Shown piece by piece: positions 22,101-37,100 of a stretch of 64,000 nt of DNA. The stretch's first letter is position 1. Each line of letters begins with the position of its first letter. The position numbers and the translations under genes were made by a program. Below the pieces are notes generated by a model. The model made no database searches and was not told where the DNA came from. It saw nothing but the letters and a program-made list of their open reading frames with translations. Source of the DNA: Podarcis liolepis (taxonomy: Eukaryota); assembly GCA_965112155.1 (NCBI GenBank), contig OZ218103.1; one strand, written 5' to 3'.

Positions 22101-25100
22101 CCTGACACTCACTCTCCACACTCTCCAACTCTGCTCTGTAAGGTTGAGGTAACCCTCTAGAATTGGTTTAGGGGGCATGCAGGGGAAAAGGAGGGGGGAC
22201 GTTCTGTTGCACCCCCAGCTGTAGTGACAATGTTTGCTTCAGTTGACCAAGGTCAAACATTTTTAATGCTGATTTCAAAAATCATGTTTTAGCAGCTGTA
22301 CATTGGCTTGACATGTTCATCAAGCTATCCACCACAAACTCAAGTCCTCATTTCTATTCAGTTACCACCACCACCAATTCAGACTCCTTATGTGAAATTT
22401 AGAGAGAAAAGTGCCCCAGTTTGCATCAGTTTACTTGACTACATAGTGTTACATTTGCCATTTTACTGCTTATTCACCCAGTTTAGATAGATCCTTTCAA
22501 AGCTCTTCCTCATTTTTGTTTTAACTATCCAGATCGTTTTGGTACCATCAACTCTAAATAATTTATGACCAAGTTAAAAAGCACAGGTCCCAATATCAGT
22601 TGTTGGGGAATTTGCAGAAATCTGCTTTGGCAAGTGTTAGGACAATTAGAACACACACCTATAAGTTTTTCTTATAAGTAAGATGCAATGAACATATGTG
22701 GATTTAATACATTAACAAAAGTACAATTTTCAGTGAGTAAACCATACTAGTCCTGTTATGAGTATCAGAGTATTTGACTAAACATCACTGGCCCCATTCT
22801 TCAAAATGTTACAGTCTGCTTGGCACTAAAGATCTGTTGTAATTAAGGTCACACAGCATTGCCTGTATCAGAATACAGAACCCTCTTTGTATCCAGATTT
22901 TCACGTGAATGACAACTGAATTTCCAAATCTCACTCACAATGAAAGAACTTCTATTCTTGTGGAAGCATTGTTAACACCATTACCTGCTATTTAGAATGC
23001 TTGTTGGAGAGATGGGGACAGTGTTTAATTTCTAAAGAAAGACATCCAGGGACTCAGACTTATACCATGAGTTTTATGAGCCCTCCTCAACAGAGTGTGG
23101 GAAGGAAACTTGCTTAGTGGAAAGGAAAGGACATACTGTGTGAGCTCAGGGACACTTTTAATGTATTCTAGTGGGTCAGTAGAATTAACTGTTGGCTTCC
23201 AAGTTTGAAGGCAATTTGTTGTCCCTTCTATATCAAGAAAAAGAAGTTTCTGCATGATTGGGGATGCCTGAACAGACCTAGTGTAATAGTGAATATCAGA
23301 TACAGTGAGCTCACAATTTGGGTATAGTGACCAGTTTCCAAGACATAAGGTAGCATGATGCATGCTCTGGGGCAGTATAAAATATATTATATCTGAGAAA
23401 TGTGTCAGTCTCATCTTTATCTTGTCTTGTAGCTCACAGAAGCTTTGTTAAAGGAAAGAGATAAACAAGCAAAGTGGAATGGAATTCCCTTGCTGTTACA
23501 GAAGCTGTATGAGAACAGTCATCCCAACAGTGATTTATCCCAGTGCCAAGGCATCTTAAAGGTAATGCTTCTTACTGGCAGACTGATGCATGCAGCAGAA
23601 TCCATTCTCAGTTTCCTCTGATATTCTAAGTCAATTCATAAGTTACATGTTAGTCACAGATTCTCTCAGTGGCCCCTCAAATGCATTTCCAAAAGCTATT
23701 TCCATCCTGTGCATAATTGTATGGACTGCTATCAGAGCCCTAATTTGTTGTCTCCCCCACTCCCAGCTAAACATCCTCAAAGCTTTAAGCTTTCTTCATA
23801 CAGAAGATTCTCCAACCCTTTGGTTATTTTTTCCAGAAGAGTAAAAAGGAATTGAGTATTGGTTCAAGTTCTGCTCATATAAAGTGAATTTCAACAAATG
23901 TGTTTCACATATTTACTTAGAAATCATTTCTTTTCCCAATCTTGCATGTTTGGAAGCTTGGCATTTCAGACTACATTGATAGAATAATTATGTATGTTCT
24001 GTTTTCTGATATCACATTTAGCTGCTGATGCAGTGAATTAATCTGTATTTGTATTTTTTTTATGAAATCGGCTATCTGGTGCTGCAAATTGATGTTTTGA
24101 AAATCTCATAAGTACCCTCAGTAACCTTCTGCAACTACTTTGAATAATATGCTTTGATATGAAGTATCTCTCAGTACTTACAACTTTAACTTTTGTTCCC
24201 TGCCAGGAGATTTCTCCCCTCCTTTCAATGGAAGCTATGGCATTTGTCACAGAAGAGAGAAAGTCTGCTCAAGAATCCACTTTTCCAAATACGTACACAT
24301 TTGACTTATTTGGAGGAGTTGATGTAAGTGGTTTCTACTTTTTTAAAAAAATTGCTGTAGCATATTGTCAAATACAGTAACTAACACATTGAGTGAGGTA
24401 TTAGTAGTAGGAATAATTAAATACTAATACTCTTGTTCAAGACAATAATACTGCCATAGGAAGGTTTGGTTACCCAAGAAAGCCAAATTTAAAATGTAAG
24501 GAAGGGATTCTTCATTACAATAGGAATATTGTGTTTTTGGAGACTAAAGTAACTTGACCTTTTGGCTTAGAAAATGAAGGCTTAAGAGAAAACACAATTT
24601 CACTCTGCAAGTTGAATAAGCAGCCACAGGGTGCAACTAGTTATGTGATCTTGGTGTGTTTCTTCCATTCTTTTGGGTTAGGGGTGTGTAAAGCAGCATG
24701 GATTTGCATCACTTTATTGGATGCTAGGAAGGAATCTCCCTCAATCAGATTGAGTATCACAAGGAACGGGAATGTTTTCTCTCTAGCAGGAATGACTAAC
24801 TAGCAGTCCATGGGGTACTTGTAGCATCAAGAGAGTTAAGGATGGAGGGCACTAATACAGAAAATCAGAAGAAACTTCTAGAGTGCAGAACCTTGGCCCT
24901 CTGGGTTTTTCAGACTACAATTCCACAGTGTTAGAAACTGAGATATAAAAGTTAAATGGCACCTTAAACCTAGGTTATGGGTGCAACAATGGAATGTCTA
25001 GGTTGAAAATGGAAAGATCTGCAGCTAAAATATTATGTTCATATTTTACATGGTCTAGTCCTTCACCCGCTCCCCCCATATATTCTTAAGAGGGTCTCTT

Positions 25101-28100
25101 CTCCAGTCTTCAGAGAGTAGCTGGAAGTGGGGAGGCAGAAAAATGTCCCCCTTTCCTTCTACTCTGCAGTTTTAATCTGAAATCTTAGGTTCAGTACTGC
25201 ACCCAGAGCTCAGAAATTCCTCACACTAATGAAATTCCCTATCACAAAATGTGCCTTAGAACAGTGGGAGTTTTGAACACTGCAACTCCAACAATCCTTG
25301 ATCATGCTTATAATCTGGAGGGCCACAGGTTCTGCACCCCTGCTGTAAGTGGCACTAGAAGTGTGTGACTTATTTCATCCAGTATATTTTGAAGTAAGAC
25401 TCTTCATCAGAGGCACTGCGTATTTTTTGTGTTGCAAGGTAAATGCATTCTATATTAGGCGTCTCATAACCTGACTGGCCAACTGTCCTTCAGCATTTCA
25501 AAACGTTTATGGGGCACCCATAATTTCAGTGCTAAGAAAGTTGAGGGTTGTCATGGCTCAGAAGTGATATTCAATCTTCTTGAGAGTCATAGGATCCTGA
25601 CGTATATAATTAATACTTAGTCTCTTGAATCCAGTATATTAAGTACAAGGTGTCTAGTTTCCTTTTGCATATTTCATAACCAAATCTTTAATCTTAATAA
25701 AGCTTCCATTTAGTGGGAGGCTGGCTCTGGCAATGGAACCCCTTGTCAATATATGAATGGCCGTAATGAATGGGTCTGTGATAGAGCTAACTAAAAGTTG
25801 TCTATAAATTAAACACAAGGTCATAGTTAAAAGCTGGGAGAGCAACATGTCTGTATCTTAAAGATAAATTTAGAAAAGCACGTTCTTTTATTACTACAGA
25901 ATCTTAATAGCTAGCTTGAACTAATATTGAAACTAAGCTATTTCACACTAAAATATGGAGCTGCCTACTGCATCAAAATCTTTTAAATCCTCTTCCAAGT
26001 TCAATGGGAAGTTACAAAAACCTTTTGTCTGTATAAGCTACAATTTTACAACTAATATGCACAAAGACTGAGTAGTGATGCCGGTTGATATAACGTCTTG
26101 ATCAGATAAGCTAAAGACAGCGCAGATTTTGCTTTTAAGTAACCTATAGCTTTTAAAAGTGGCAATGTATTCAACTTCTATGCAGCCTTCACAAGGAGAG
26201 GCCACAGGCGTATATTATAGAGTCCTGTCCTCCTTAACGATAGAGGGGTGGTTTGTGGTCCAGTCCTGTATGTTGTGCTATACAATTGCATCCTGGGCCA
26301 CTGCTGAAAGAATAGACTGGATGCCAGCCCTGATTCTTGCTCTGGGAAAGCACCAGCTATTGGTGCTACTGTGTCAATAGATAGGGAGGACAGGGTGGCT
26401 TCCATAAGGTGCAGGAATGTGCAATGGCCATTTTCAAGGGCAGGAGGTGCCCCATAGTCCTATAGATAGCTTTGCTACAATTGTCTGGAATGTTTTCTGG
26501 GTGACATTGTTTCCTTTTCCAATAGTTGCTTCTGTCTTTTTTAACCCCTTATCAGTCTTATCCCAAGTCTTTCTTTGAAATGGAAAGGAAGGGTCATATA
26601 AAAGGGTGTATGGGGTGAATAAAAGTATACATTATTTTAATTCACTTCACTTATATATATGTAAGTGTGAATTGAGTTTTCCCAGTGTGTATATTCAGTA
26701 AACATTAGTAAGTATATGTGTATATTTAAAATATTAATACATGGCAGGGGGAAAGCTTGCCCTGCAAATGTAAAGATCGGTAGACTATCCATGTCCTCTG
26801 CAAATGGCATTGCCTCAGTAAAGTTTTGAATATCTGTTTCCCCAGTGATTTTGTTTTGAATATAAATTTAAACTGTAGCTTGATTTTCATACAACACGGA
26901 AGTATAGCTAAATCTTTTGCTTATGTACTTTCCCCCAGAATAGCTGCATCATAGAGGCCAGAGGTGTACACCCCTAATTTCAATATTTTTTCATTATGGT
27001 TGAAGCACAGCAAACCTATGTTAATGCTTACTATAGTGTATTGAAGGAAGCTAGGACAATCAGTCATGATTTAAAGGTGGTTTGTTTCACTAGGCACTAA
27101 CCGTAGTTTGTCTATGCTTGGAGATAACAGGTAACAGCACTTCATTGAAAGTGGAAGCACGTGCTTCCAAGCTCTTCTTCAGTCACATGGTCCCAAAGCT
27201 TATACACAATACTAAATTATGGTTTAGTTGCCTGTGAATTCAGCCATTGGCCCAGTTCACCTACTGTATCCCATTAAACCATACTTTAAAACATATTATT
27301 GTCTAATCTCAACAAGCAGTGTGCACATTTCTCAATAGTTCCTGCAGTGCTCTTCCCCCAGTCTTGTTGCTGCCACACCACAGATTAAATAAATCAGAGT
27401 CTGGGTTGCTGTATCATCTGAATCCAGGTTCATGATTCATTTCTTTCCAAACCAACCATGACAGGTAAGCAATATTTTTCTTTTAGGCTTGCCTCTTATT
27501 TAGGAGAAACCACAAGCCTGTGTTCAGATCACACAACAAGCCAGATTCAGACTATTTTTTGTCTGCAGCATGGCAGCAGAAGGGGAGAAATGTTGTGGGA
27601 ACTTTGCACCAGCTTTGCAGCATGCACGAACATACTTCTCATATAGTTTCTTTTAAAAGGCAAACAATGTCGTTGCATTGCTCTTGAAATATGACTATTG
27701 TTTTGAAGAAAAGCATAGTAAAGTAGGACTCTGGATGTTTTGTGCAGTACAATAGAGCGGAATTGTCGTTTTTTAAAGTAGTTTGCTTTAAATTTCAATA
27801 TAGCCCAAAAATTAGGTTCTTTTTTATTTATTTATTAAGATGCATCTATATAAAGTTATTATGTATCTAATTTTCACAGCTTCTAGTAGAAATACTTATG
27901 AGACCAACTCTTATTACACAAAAGAAGAAGCAGAAAAGTAAGTCAGTAATATACTTCCTTCATCAAACCTTGTTTTGTTTCCTTCTCTTCTCATATCCTG
28001 ATAGAATAATTGGTCACTAAACCAAGTACTGGTAGCAATACTTGTTTGCTAGCATTGTGTGTGTGTGTGTGTTTTAATGATGTATGAAAATGAAGTTTTA

Positions 28101-31100
28101 CCACACAGTTTCTTAACTTTTATGGTTGCAGAGGTGATAAATGCTGGTAAACCGTGTTTGTTTATAGGATTAAATACTGCACAATAAACAAAGTATATAG
28201 GCAGTGAACATAGCACATCCATAAAACAGCATTAGACTACTTAGTAACATCTGGATAGTGATGCACAATAACCAGTGTGGACCTGCTCCCCAAACCCTGG
28301 AGGCAAGCCCAAGTCTTGTTGGGTAGCAGTAGCCAAATGACCAGAATTAAACACCAACCACTGTCATCACTCCTGTGAGTCCACCAGTTTTGGCTAGGAA
28401 AATCACAGAGCTTTACAGAACGTCACCTAAGATTTGAGAAACAAAATACTAAGAACCAGACTTTCTGTTCCAACAATACATAAGCCTCCAGGAGGTTATT
28501 CAGTAGCAGTTTGTCTAAGCAGCCATGTCCATGGATTTAGTTCTAGAAATCTTACACAGAAGAACGCACAGGAAATAGGTGAAGTAGATTTCTTAAAAAT
28601 TAAATTAAAAATAGCTTTTTTAAAAAAATAGACTCCAGTATCCCAGTGAAAGTATAAGAAGAAACCATTGTTAAGACTACAGTTGTGAATTACAAGACTG
28701 GATACAAAGTAACAAAGGCTAGCTTTCTCAGGCTAATACAAACAATATCAGCAAATGGACCAGCACTGCTTACTTATAATAATAGGCACAGAGTTTCACA
28801 ATCCAGACAAGCTAAATGCCCTTTCATTTAGAAGCAAGGCTAGAATCATGTGGCATATATATAGGCTCATAAGGTAATAAAAGGAAGTCAAAGTCTCACA
28901 GTTTCTTGTTTCATGTAGTGTTCAGAACAGGAATATCACATGATATCTGCAGTATTTCTGTCAGCCATATAAACTTGATGTGAACGGATTGCCAACCTGC
29001 CCTAATAATAGCTGTCGTTCCTCTGTGTGTTCAACTTCGATCAGATCTCATTTTTATTAGGTTTTAGCAGCTGAGATACTTGCTGGTTTTTTTCATTTGT
29101 TCATTTGGGCTGTTAAATAGTGTGGTGACATATTTCTTTGTTTGTGGTTGATTGTTCAGGAAGCCTTAATCAGTTTTTTCTATTGCAGTAAGTGATGACC
29201 TCATCAAAGATTGTTTAAGCATATTGTACAACACTTGCATATGTGTAAGTTATATTTTCTGTTCTGTCAATAATTTTTGTTTTGTGATACAGCTAGGTTT
29301 AGGGGATTCTTGGTCTGACAGAGAAAAACATTCAAAGCATTAAATTAATGTTGCATGCTGCAATATTCTTGATGCTAAAATTTCTATTGCATTTCACAAA
29401 TTGCATTGTAGCAAACCTGTTGCTGCTTGCATTTTGTCTAAACATCTTTTTAATAAGGACTCATTGCTATTTATTGCTGAAGTGTTTTAAGCCTTAATGC
29501 AGTGGCTTGCTGTGGGAATCTTGGTTATCATTCCCTGTTTAAGACTCTCTTCAGTTATGTATGCTTTTTAAATTTTATTCTGGAATTGTATGGGTCATTT
29601 TATGTTATTGGTAGTATTTGGACTGGGTTTTTTTTAAAAAAAATAGAAACCTTTTATCAATGTAAAATTAGTGTTGAAAACTAGAGTTGAGTTCATGACA
29701 TTAAATGTTACATGAAAACAAACCAATAATTCCTGTCATTCACATTACATTTGTATGCATTGGCAAGACTATAGGATACTTTACTTAGCTGGTAAGCACT
29801 TTTATACTCATGTCATTTGAGCAGCCTAGCTTTCCCTGTTGAGAATTTATTGCTCTTCTACTTAAAGGCAAAGAAAGCTGGAAAGGTTCAGAATCCTATG
29901 TGGAATAACAAGAAAGGCACTTTTCTCCATTCCTTTTTAATTTCCACTTGGCTGCCTCCTGGGAGAGCTCTGCTTTTCTAAATTATTTTAAAATTATATG
30001 TGATGTTTGTCTCAGCAGTGTTAGCTTTTGCTCATGTGTATATGTGGTTTCTCATTATTGTAGACTGAAGGAGTCACTAAACGATTGGCAGAAAGAAATG
30101 ATTTTGTATTGTTCTTGTTTACATTGATGACAAATAAAAAGACATTCCTGCAAACAGCCACCCTTATAGAAGACATCCTGGGAGTAAAAAAGGTTTGTTG
30201 ATAATCTAGCCTATACCGTCATGTTCTCATTTAATCTTGAAAACTCTTTAATAGCTTGTAAGTATAAGTCCCTTCTCAGTTCAGTAACTGATAAAAAAAA
30301 TATTGTATCCTAAATGGAAAAAGCCATATTACTTGCTCCTAGCCTGTCTTTCCTTTGTAATGTTTAAGAGTAGCTTGGCAGCACCTCTCCTGACTGTAAA
30401 ATGGAATTTTGGAAAGGCATCATGTAATAGCAAGGCTGGGTACCTTTTATTGAGCCTGCTGCAGTGAGTCCCCATTATACATCTCTGCATGCACTGTTTT
30501 GATTACCCCATTCACGCCTTAGCTTTCTGGTCTCAAATAAAGTAATGTTGTGTGTAGCACTATGCCCACTTCTGGATACTGGAATTTACAAAGGAAACGG
30601 TGAAGCAAGTGTGTCCAGAGAATAGTGACTAGGATGGTGTACGGGGTCTGGAGGGACAGTTGGAAAATGGGTAGGTTTGGTGTGGATAAGAAAAGGTTAA
30701 GGGGAGACATGTCTGCTGCCTTCAAATACCTGAAGGGCTATTGCACGCAAGAGGGAGCAGACATGTTTTCTGTTGTTTCAGAGCCAAGAGCTGTTGGACA
30801 GTGGAATGGACAGCCTTGGGTGGTGGTGGGCTTGCCTTCATTGGAAATACTTAAGCAGAAGCTGGGCAACCAGTTGTCGGGGATGTTGTATTTAAGTTCT
30901 GCATTGCAGATCCTTCTTTGATTAGGAAGTTGGATTAGATGATCTCCAAGGTCTCTTCTGATTCTGAAATTCTGTGATTCAATTTTTTTATCATGATCTT
31001 GGAAATGCATTTATTTAGCACTTAAGTTTTATCAGCAGATTTAATTAGATCTCCCTTTTCCCAGTTAAAATAATAGCCGAGGTTTTCAAGAGAGAAAGGG

Positions 31101-34100
31101 GGGAGTTTTTAAAGATGAGACATTATTTCCTGACCCCCATTATGTTTGCTATTTAAACCTTATTTGGGTTTGCACAGAGACAAATATAGCATAAACGTAA
31201 ATGCTATTATTTATTTGTTGTACACAAGCTAAAAACTTTGGATGCAACGTTTCATGAAACTTGTCCACTTTCAGGAATCTGAGGAGTTTCCTTATGTTCT
31301 CTAACTTGTGAGATTAGTTGTCAGTCGCTGTCAGTACTTTCTAGCATTGTGCCATTTTAAGAAATTGCTTAGGAAAGAGTAATTTACCAGTTATAATTTT
31401 AAAATATGTTCCCAAAAGTATAATTCATTCAAACTAAAATGAGATACAAGAAATAGAAGATAAACCAAGAAGCAGGGGACTGCAGCCAGTCTCATTTTAT
31501 ACCCTGCACTCTCATAAATGGTGCACAGATGTCTTTAAGACTCTCAGTTTCATTATAAGATAACTCTGCAAAATGTTTAAGCTAGAAGCATATTGCAATC
31601 ATGTTCTTTTCAATATTCAGTATTATTATTTTAGCTGCTAGTGCTAAAAGAAGTAAATTCTTTTAATTTTCTAGAAGTCCAGACAGTGGGAAGGTAGCTT
31701 CATACCCCCATCTAATTAAAGAAAAATAATAAATTATTCCTGCAATTAATAATTTCCAGCCAATCAGCAGCCAATATGCAGTTTTGTGGTGAAGTACGGT
31801 ATAATTTGTGGACTCTTTATTAATGTTAATAATATATCAGAAGTAAGTGCTTAGAGGTTCTGCCTTTGCTGTTGTGCAGCATGATCTCTCAAGGTGGTTG
31901 TATGGCCCAACTAATACATTACTTAGATAGAATAGGAGCCCCTGGAAAACTGTTCTCCTATGATAGGCTTCCATGTTGCCTAGGTAAAGTATTCTGTTCC
32001 TGCTCCAACTTGTCAAGGAGCAATATGATAGCAACAGCCCCACATGATCAGAACTTCTGTACTTTGTTGGGGTGACCCCTTTGTACAGACGTATACAAAA
32101 CATTCGATCGATTTTAAGTACTTGCTATACAGAATCTAATGAGCCACATAGCAAGTAATATAAAAAGTAAAATGGTTACAGTAAGCCCACAACTTGCATG
32201 CAATTTACTTGTGCCCATTCAGTTTTACATGCTTGGCAGAATTTTTTTTAATTTTCAATAGAAAGGGGGTGGGTGTCTGGGAAATCCCAGCTGCCATTGA
32301 GCTCAATGTGTTTTGACTAGATGTGATTTTGGCTGTAGGCATGATCCCTGTAATATAGCCCCCATATAAATTGCAGGCTTACTGTAGTTTAAATTATGTT
32401 AATGTTCTTCAGAGTGGTAAATTAAGAGATTCCTATCTCTATATAATGCCCTATCTAGGAGCTTGCCAGAAAGTGTTAAAGTGAGGTGAGGACAGAGGTG
32501 CACACCAGCTCCTTTTCAGACCTTCAGCTGAGTGCATCTTAGGTTCCTGACTGCAAATGCACTTTGAACTGAATATTAATGCAGTTAGACTCCTCCCTTT
32601 AAATGGAAACCCTGGTTTCCCTTTCAGTATTCTAAGCACATTCAGCTGAATATGTTCAGGATCCCCCTTTGTCTTAGGGACAAAATGAAGCGCAAGTTAG
32701 CATGTTTAGGGACATTTAGATCAGTGCTTCCTTTCTCCACTTCTAGCTAGTGGTTTCAGTTGGAGATCAGAATAGGGTTTTAATCTGCAAGAATCTTGGA
32801 AATAATATCTTTGCTAATTTTTTTTAAAAATCATCTATGGGTCACTAGCAGTCAGCATATCGCTTGTCATGTTTTAGGAAATGATTCAGTTGGAGGATAT
32901 TCCAAACCTCTCCAGTCTAGTCTCTAGCTTTGACCAACAGCAGCTTGCAAACTTCTGCAGGATCCTTGCAGTTACAATTTCAGAACTGGACACAGGCAGT
33001 GATGACAAACATACACTTCTTGCAAAAAATGCTCAACAGAAAAAGAATGTGGGTCCTTCTCGGGCGGAAATTAATCAAGGTAAAGCATCCTGTTTCTGAA
33101 ATTAATATGTACTCAAATTGATATGTACTCAGTTAAAGTATTTTAAGATGGAAGTAAACTTGATTTCATTTGGATTTTTAATAATAGTTGTTCCATCAAT
33201 TTAACATTTGTTAATCAAACCTATTTGCTTCTTGTCATAGCTGCACTCCTCAATATACCAGGCTTCATTGAACGACTGTGTAAACTAGCAACCAGAAAAG
33301 TTTCAGAAACAACAGGAACTTCAAGTTTCCTTCAAGAATTGGAGGAGTGGTACACCTGGCTAGATAATGCACTTGTACTTGATGCGCTAATGCGTGTGGC
33401 AGGTGAAGAGACAGAGCAAAGCAGCACAGGTACCTGCTTTTAAATTTGCTAGAACAGCCATTTAATATCCTGGTAGCTTTATCACCTGTAGATCTGCGTG
33501 TGGCCTTGTCTTGCAGTGTACTCTTGCTTTGACATTTTCGTACTGGAATGGAAGCATGTGTGCAGCAGTACCTAAAAAGATTGGAAAGACTTGTGCAAAT
33601 ACCTCAGGATGGTGTATTCAGTTTCTGCTGCATTGAAGAAACCTTGCATCTTCTCATTTCCTACATTTTTGTTGCATTGATAACTATCATATAACTACCT
33701 CCTTGCCCTTTTTTTTTTTTTTTTGGTCTTTTAGAATCTTCAGATGAGAGTGGATTTGCCTCTACTTCACCAAGGAATCAACTTCCGCAGACCATGAAGA
33801 TTATGCATGAGATTATGTATAAACTGGAAGTTTTGTATGTCCTCTGTGTCCTTTTAATGGGCAGGCAAAGGAATCAGGTGAGATTCTGCATCAGAAGTGT
33901 ATAGTGAACTGCAAGCAGCAGCTCTGAAAATTCAAATGAGGGTCCAGCTACTTAAAATCCTATAATCTTTTCAAAGTGTGTGTGTGTAGATTATGATATT
34001 TTTAGTATATATAATGGGCTATATTTTGTGGAGAGGTGGGGGAGCTTAAAAGAATAAACTGGCACAGTTTATGTAAGATCTTAAAACAATATACCTGTAG

Positions 34101-37100
34101 TGAATATACCTGATTATTCTTCTTGCCTAGGTTCACAAGATGATAGCAGAATTCAGATTGATCCCTGGCCTTAATAATTTGTTTGATAAATTGATCTGGC
34201 GGAAGCATTCAGCATCAGCCCTTGTTCTGCATGGGCATAATCAAAACTGTGACTGTAGCCCGGTGAGTATTAGGTTTAAGCTGCTGCATAGGGGATGTTC
34301 TTTTGAAATGGCCCTTAAGAGCTCACATGTAATAGCTGTTAATAATGTTGATAGCTAGCCTCTTCAGTTGTTTTTTGTACTAGTATTTTTTTCTGATTGC
34401 ATTAGTAACATCATCACTCTCTAAAATGGCTTAAATATTTTTTAAAGCCTGGAAGTCGTGACTTGATGTTTCTACCATTCTGCTAGTAAGGATATTCTGT
34501 AATGTTTCTTATAAAATAAATTCTCAACTTCTTTCTTCTGTAGGATATTACATTGAAGATTCAGTTTTTGAGGCTACTTCAGAGTTTCAGTGATCACCAT
34601 GAGTGAGTATAGAATATGTTTGCCATAAACTTTGTGGTGGCACTTCATGTATTGCTGAATTGATGGAACATCATATTTGAAGTAACTCGGATAATTTAGA
34701 ACTTCCTTAAAAGTAACATACAAAGAATATGTAATAGTTTTGATGATGTTTTGCTGTTACACTTCCAAGAAGTGTGTGCAAAGATATTGGGAGGTATTTG
34801 TAAAGCACATTTTGGGAGAGACTGTGCAGTGGCTGCCAGCATACAAGGGACCAAAAAATGGAATACAGCTGTTTGGACTAGTTTTGTCAGAGGACACATT
34901 CAAAGGCACTATGGGCATGAATTTTGAGATCCTAAACAGATTGCCCCAAATCTAAACTTATATTTAGGACATTCTTTATCAATAAGTTCAGGGGGGAAGG
35001 AACTGGAATTGTGAAACTTGGCCTTTTGCTATTTTAGCAGCTCCTTTTTCACAATTTCCTTTAATATGACAGTATTCAGCTAAATAATTACGCAAGCTGA
35101 ATGATTCCTGCTTGTGCAACAGAAGTTTGCCCCCTGTACCATCCCCAAGTCTGCTCTAAAGTGTTGGGGGGAAACCCCAGAACAGGGGGAGATGGGGGAA
35201 GGGGAGACATTCTGTTGCACAAGCAGAAGTCATTCTGCTTGTGCAAGGAACTATCTAATGCTACTTTGAATGCAACCTGTAGTTTATTCTGTGGGTTCAT
35301 TCTATGGATTCTCAGGGCTCAAACCCAAATTGTGAGATTATTTGTCCAATACAGAGTTATGTTTTGGCTCCGTGTTTCTGTAAAACTGAATAGAACCTTG
35401 ATACCACAGAAGAACCAGCATAGTTGTGTGCATTTTTGCAAAAGGAATGTAGATGATGCATTAAAGAATCAATGTTTGTAATCACTCCTTCTGTCCTGAT
35501 TTTTATATTAGGAACAAGTATCTGCTTCTAAACAGCCAAGAGCTTAATGAACTGAGTGCAATATCCCTCAAAGCCAACATCCCTGAAGTAGAGGCAGTTG
35601 TCAACACAGACAGGTAGAGAAAAGTGCATGTATGTTTGTATCATTTGTTCTTTCTGAAAGTATGGCAAGTATCCTATTTTACCAGGCCTGTCTCTTGAAC
35701 CCCTGCAATAAGTTGGGTTATCTCTAACTTTGTTGGTATGTTGAACTAGCAAAAACGTGAATCACTCACACAATGCAATGACATCTTTCTGAAGTGTATA
35801 TTGGACATCTGGGTGGGGCCACATATGCCCTTTAGGGATTGCTTGCAGTCCTTTACAATCTGCTTCTACCCCTAAAGCCAACTCTGTCCCTTTTGAGGCA
35901 GAACTTAGGTCTGTTTATTCAGACCTGTGAACACTTAGCAGCTAATGTTGGCTGGAGAGTGTGAATGCATAAGCGATGGATTTTGAGAGTGGAGGTTGCA
36001 AATCATAGGTAATTTTGATAACTGATGAGAACATGCATGGGAGGCAGGAAAAGGATCACATAGGACTTCATAAGGAATTTAATTAACGTATTTAAAGTAC
36101 ACATACACTTAATACAAATGAACATATTTATTTATATAATGTCCTTTATACCTATATTTCTGTTTAAATATTTATTACATACAAATTCCAAATTGGGTCG
36201 TGCTGACTTCCTAGTGAATTGCTGCACATTCTGTTTATGAATGTAGCTTGTGCAATGCTTTATGTTGCCGCATTTGAGGCACGGGACATTCTTTCCATCT
36301 AAGAGGGAACAGGTTTCGTAGCTTCACCCTTTTCGTAGAAACAACAGATTGAGTTTGTGGGCAATAGCGGCATGCATTTTTTTTAAAAAAAGCAAAACAA
36401 GTAGTAGCAAGATGTGGTCCTTACTGCCCCCTTTCCAAGCTATTTGGCCTGGGAAATAACGTTGCTGTAGATGTCAGTTTGAAGGACAAAGGTGCAAGCA
36501 AATGGACTTCAACCCTCAGATTCCTAACATTTGAGGATTCATGGGACTGATTATTGTTCATTTGCCTAGCAGAAAGTTCAGTTGATATGGAATGATAAAC
36601 CGGGTAAGGTGGCCTCTGTGTTTTGCCATGTGCCAACACCATTCTGCTTTTGCTTGTTTTCATAACCTCCCTATAATTACACATTGTGTAATCTTCTACA
36701 TCTAGAGACATCTGGAACATACAAGTATTTCCATATTGGCTATAAAAAAACCCTGGGTGTAAAACTTTTTTAAAAAATTGAACTAACATCTGTTGGGTTA
36801 GAATATGCAAGTTCTGAGTTTGTACAGTTCTGAATGTTGCATAATGGAAAAGTAACAACCCGTTCGTGTGCATGTAAGCTCAGAAATATCCTACATTCAG
36901 TGAGGCTTAGATTTAGACTGTAGTCATGTTTTATTTTATTCATAAAAAATATACACCACTTGATTACAAAAACAAAACAAAACCTCAAAGCGGTTTACAA
37001 AAAGCTAAAACAATAAAATTTGTAGTATCTGTTTATGTGTGAGAGCACAAGGTTTTTACAAATGCAGGTTTTCTTCTTGAGCACTTAAGATTCAAGCCCA

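Noticed and set aside
22780-22790. AAACATCACTG, matching the 3' half of miR-499
   Set aside because: Only 11 nt, no seed, no precursor hairpin, intronic in TRPC4AP. I did not find the miR-499 hairpin in this window; it is expected further 5' in MYH7B.
26639-26673. Short AT-rich near-palindrome AATTCAC...ACTTATATATATGTAAGT...GTGAATT
   Set aside because: Too short and low-complexity to support a miRNA or element call.
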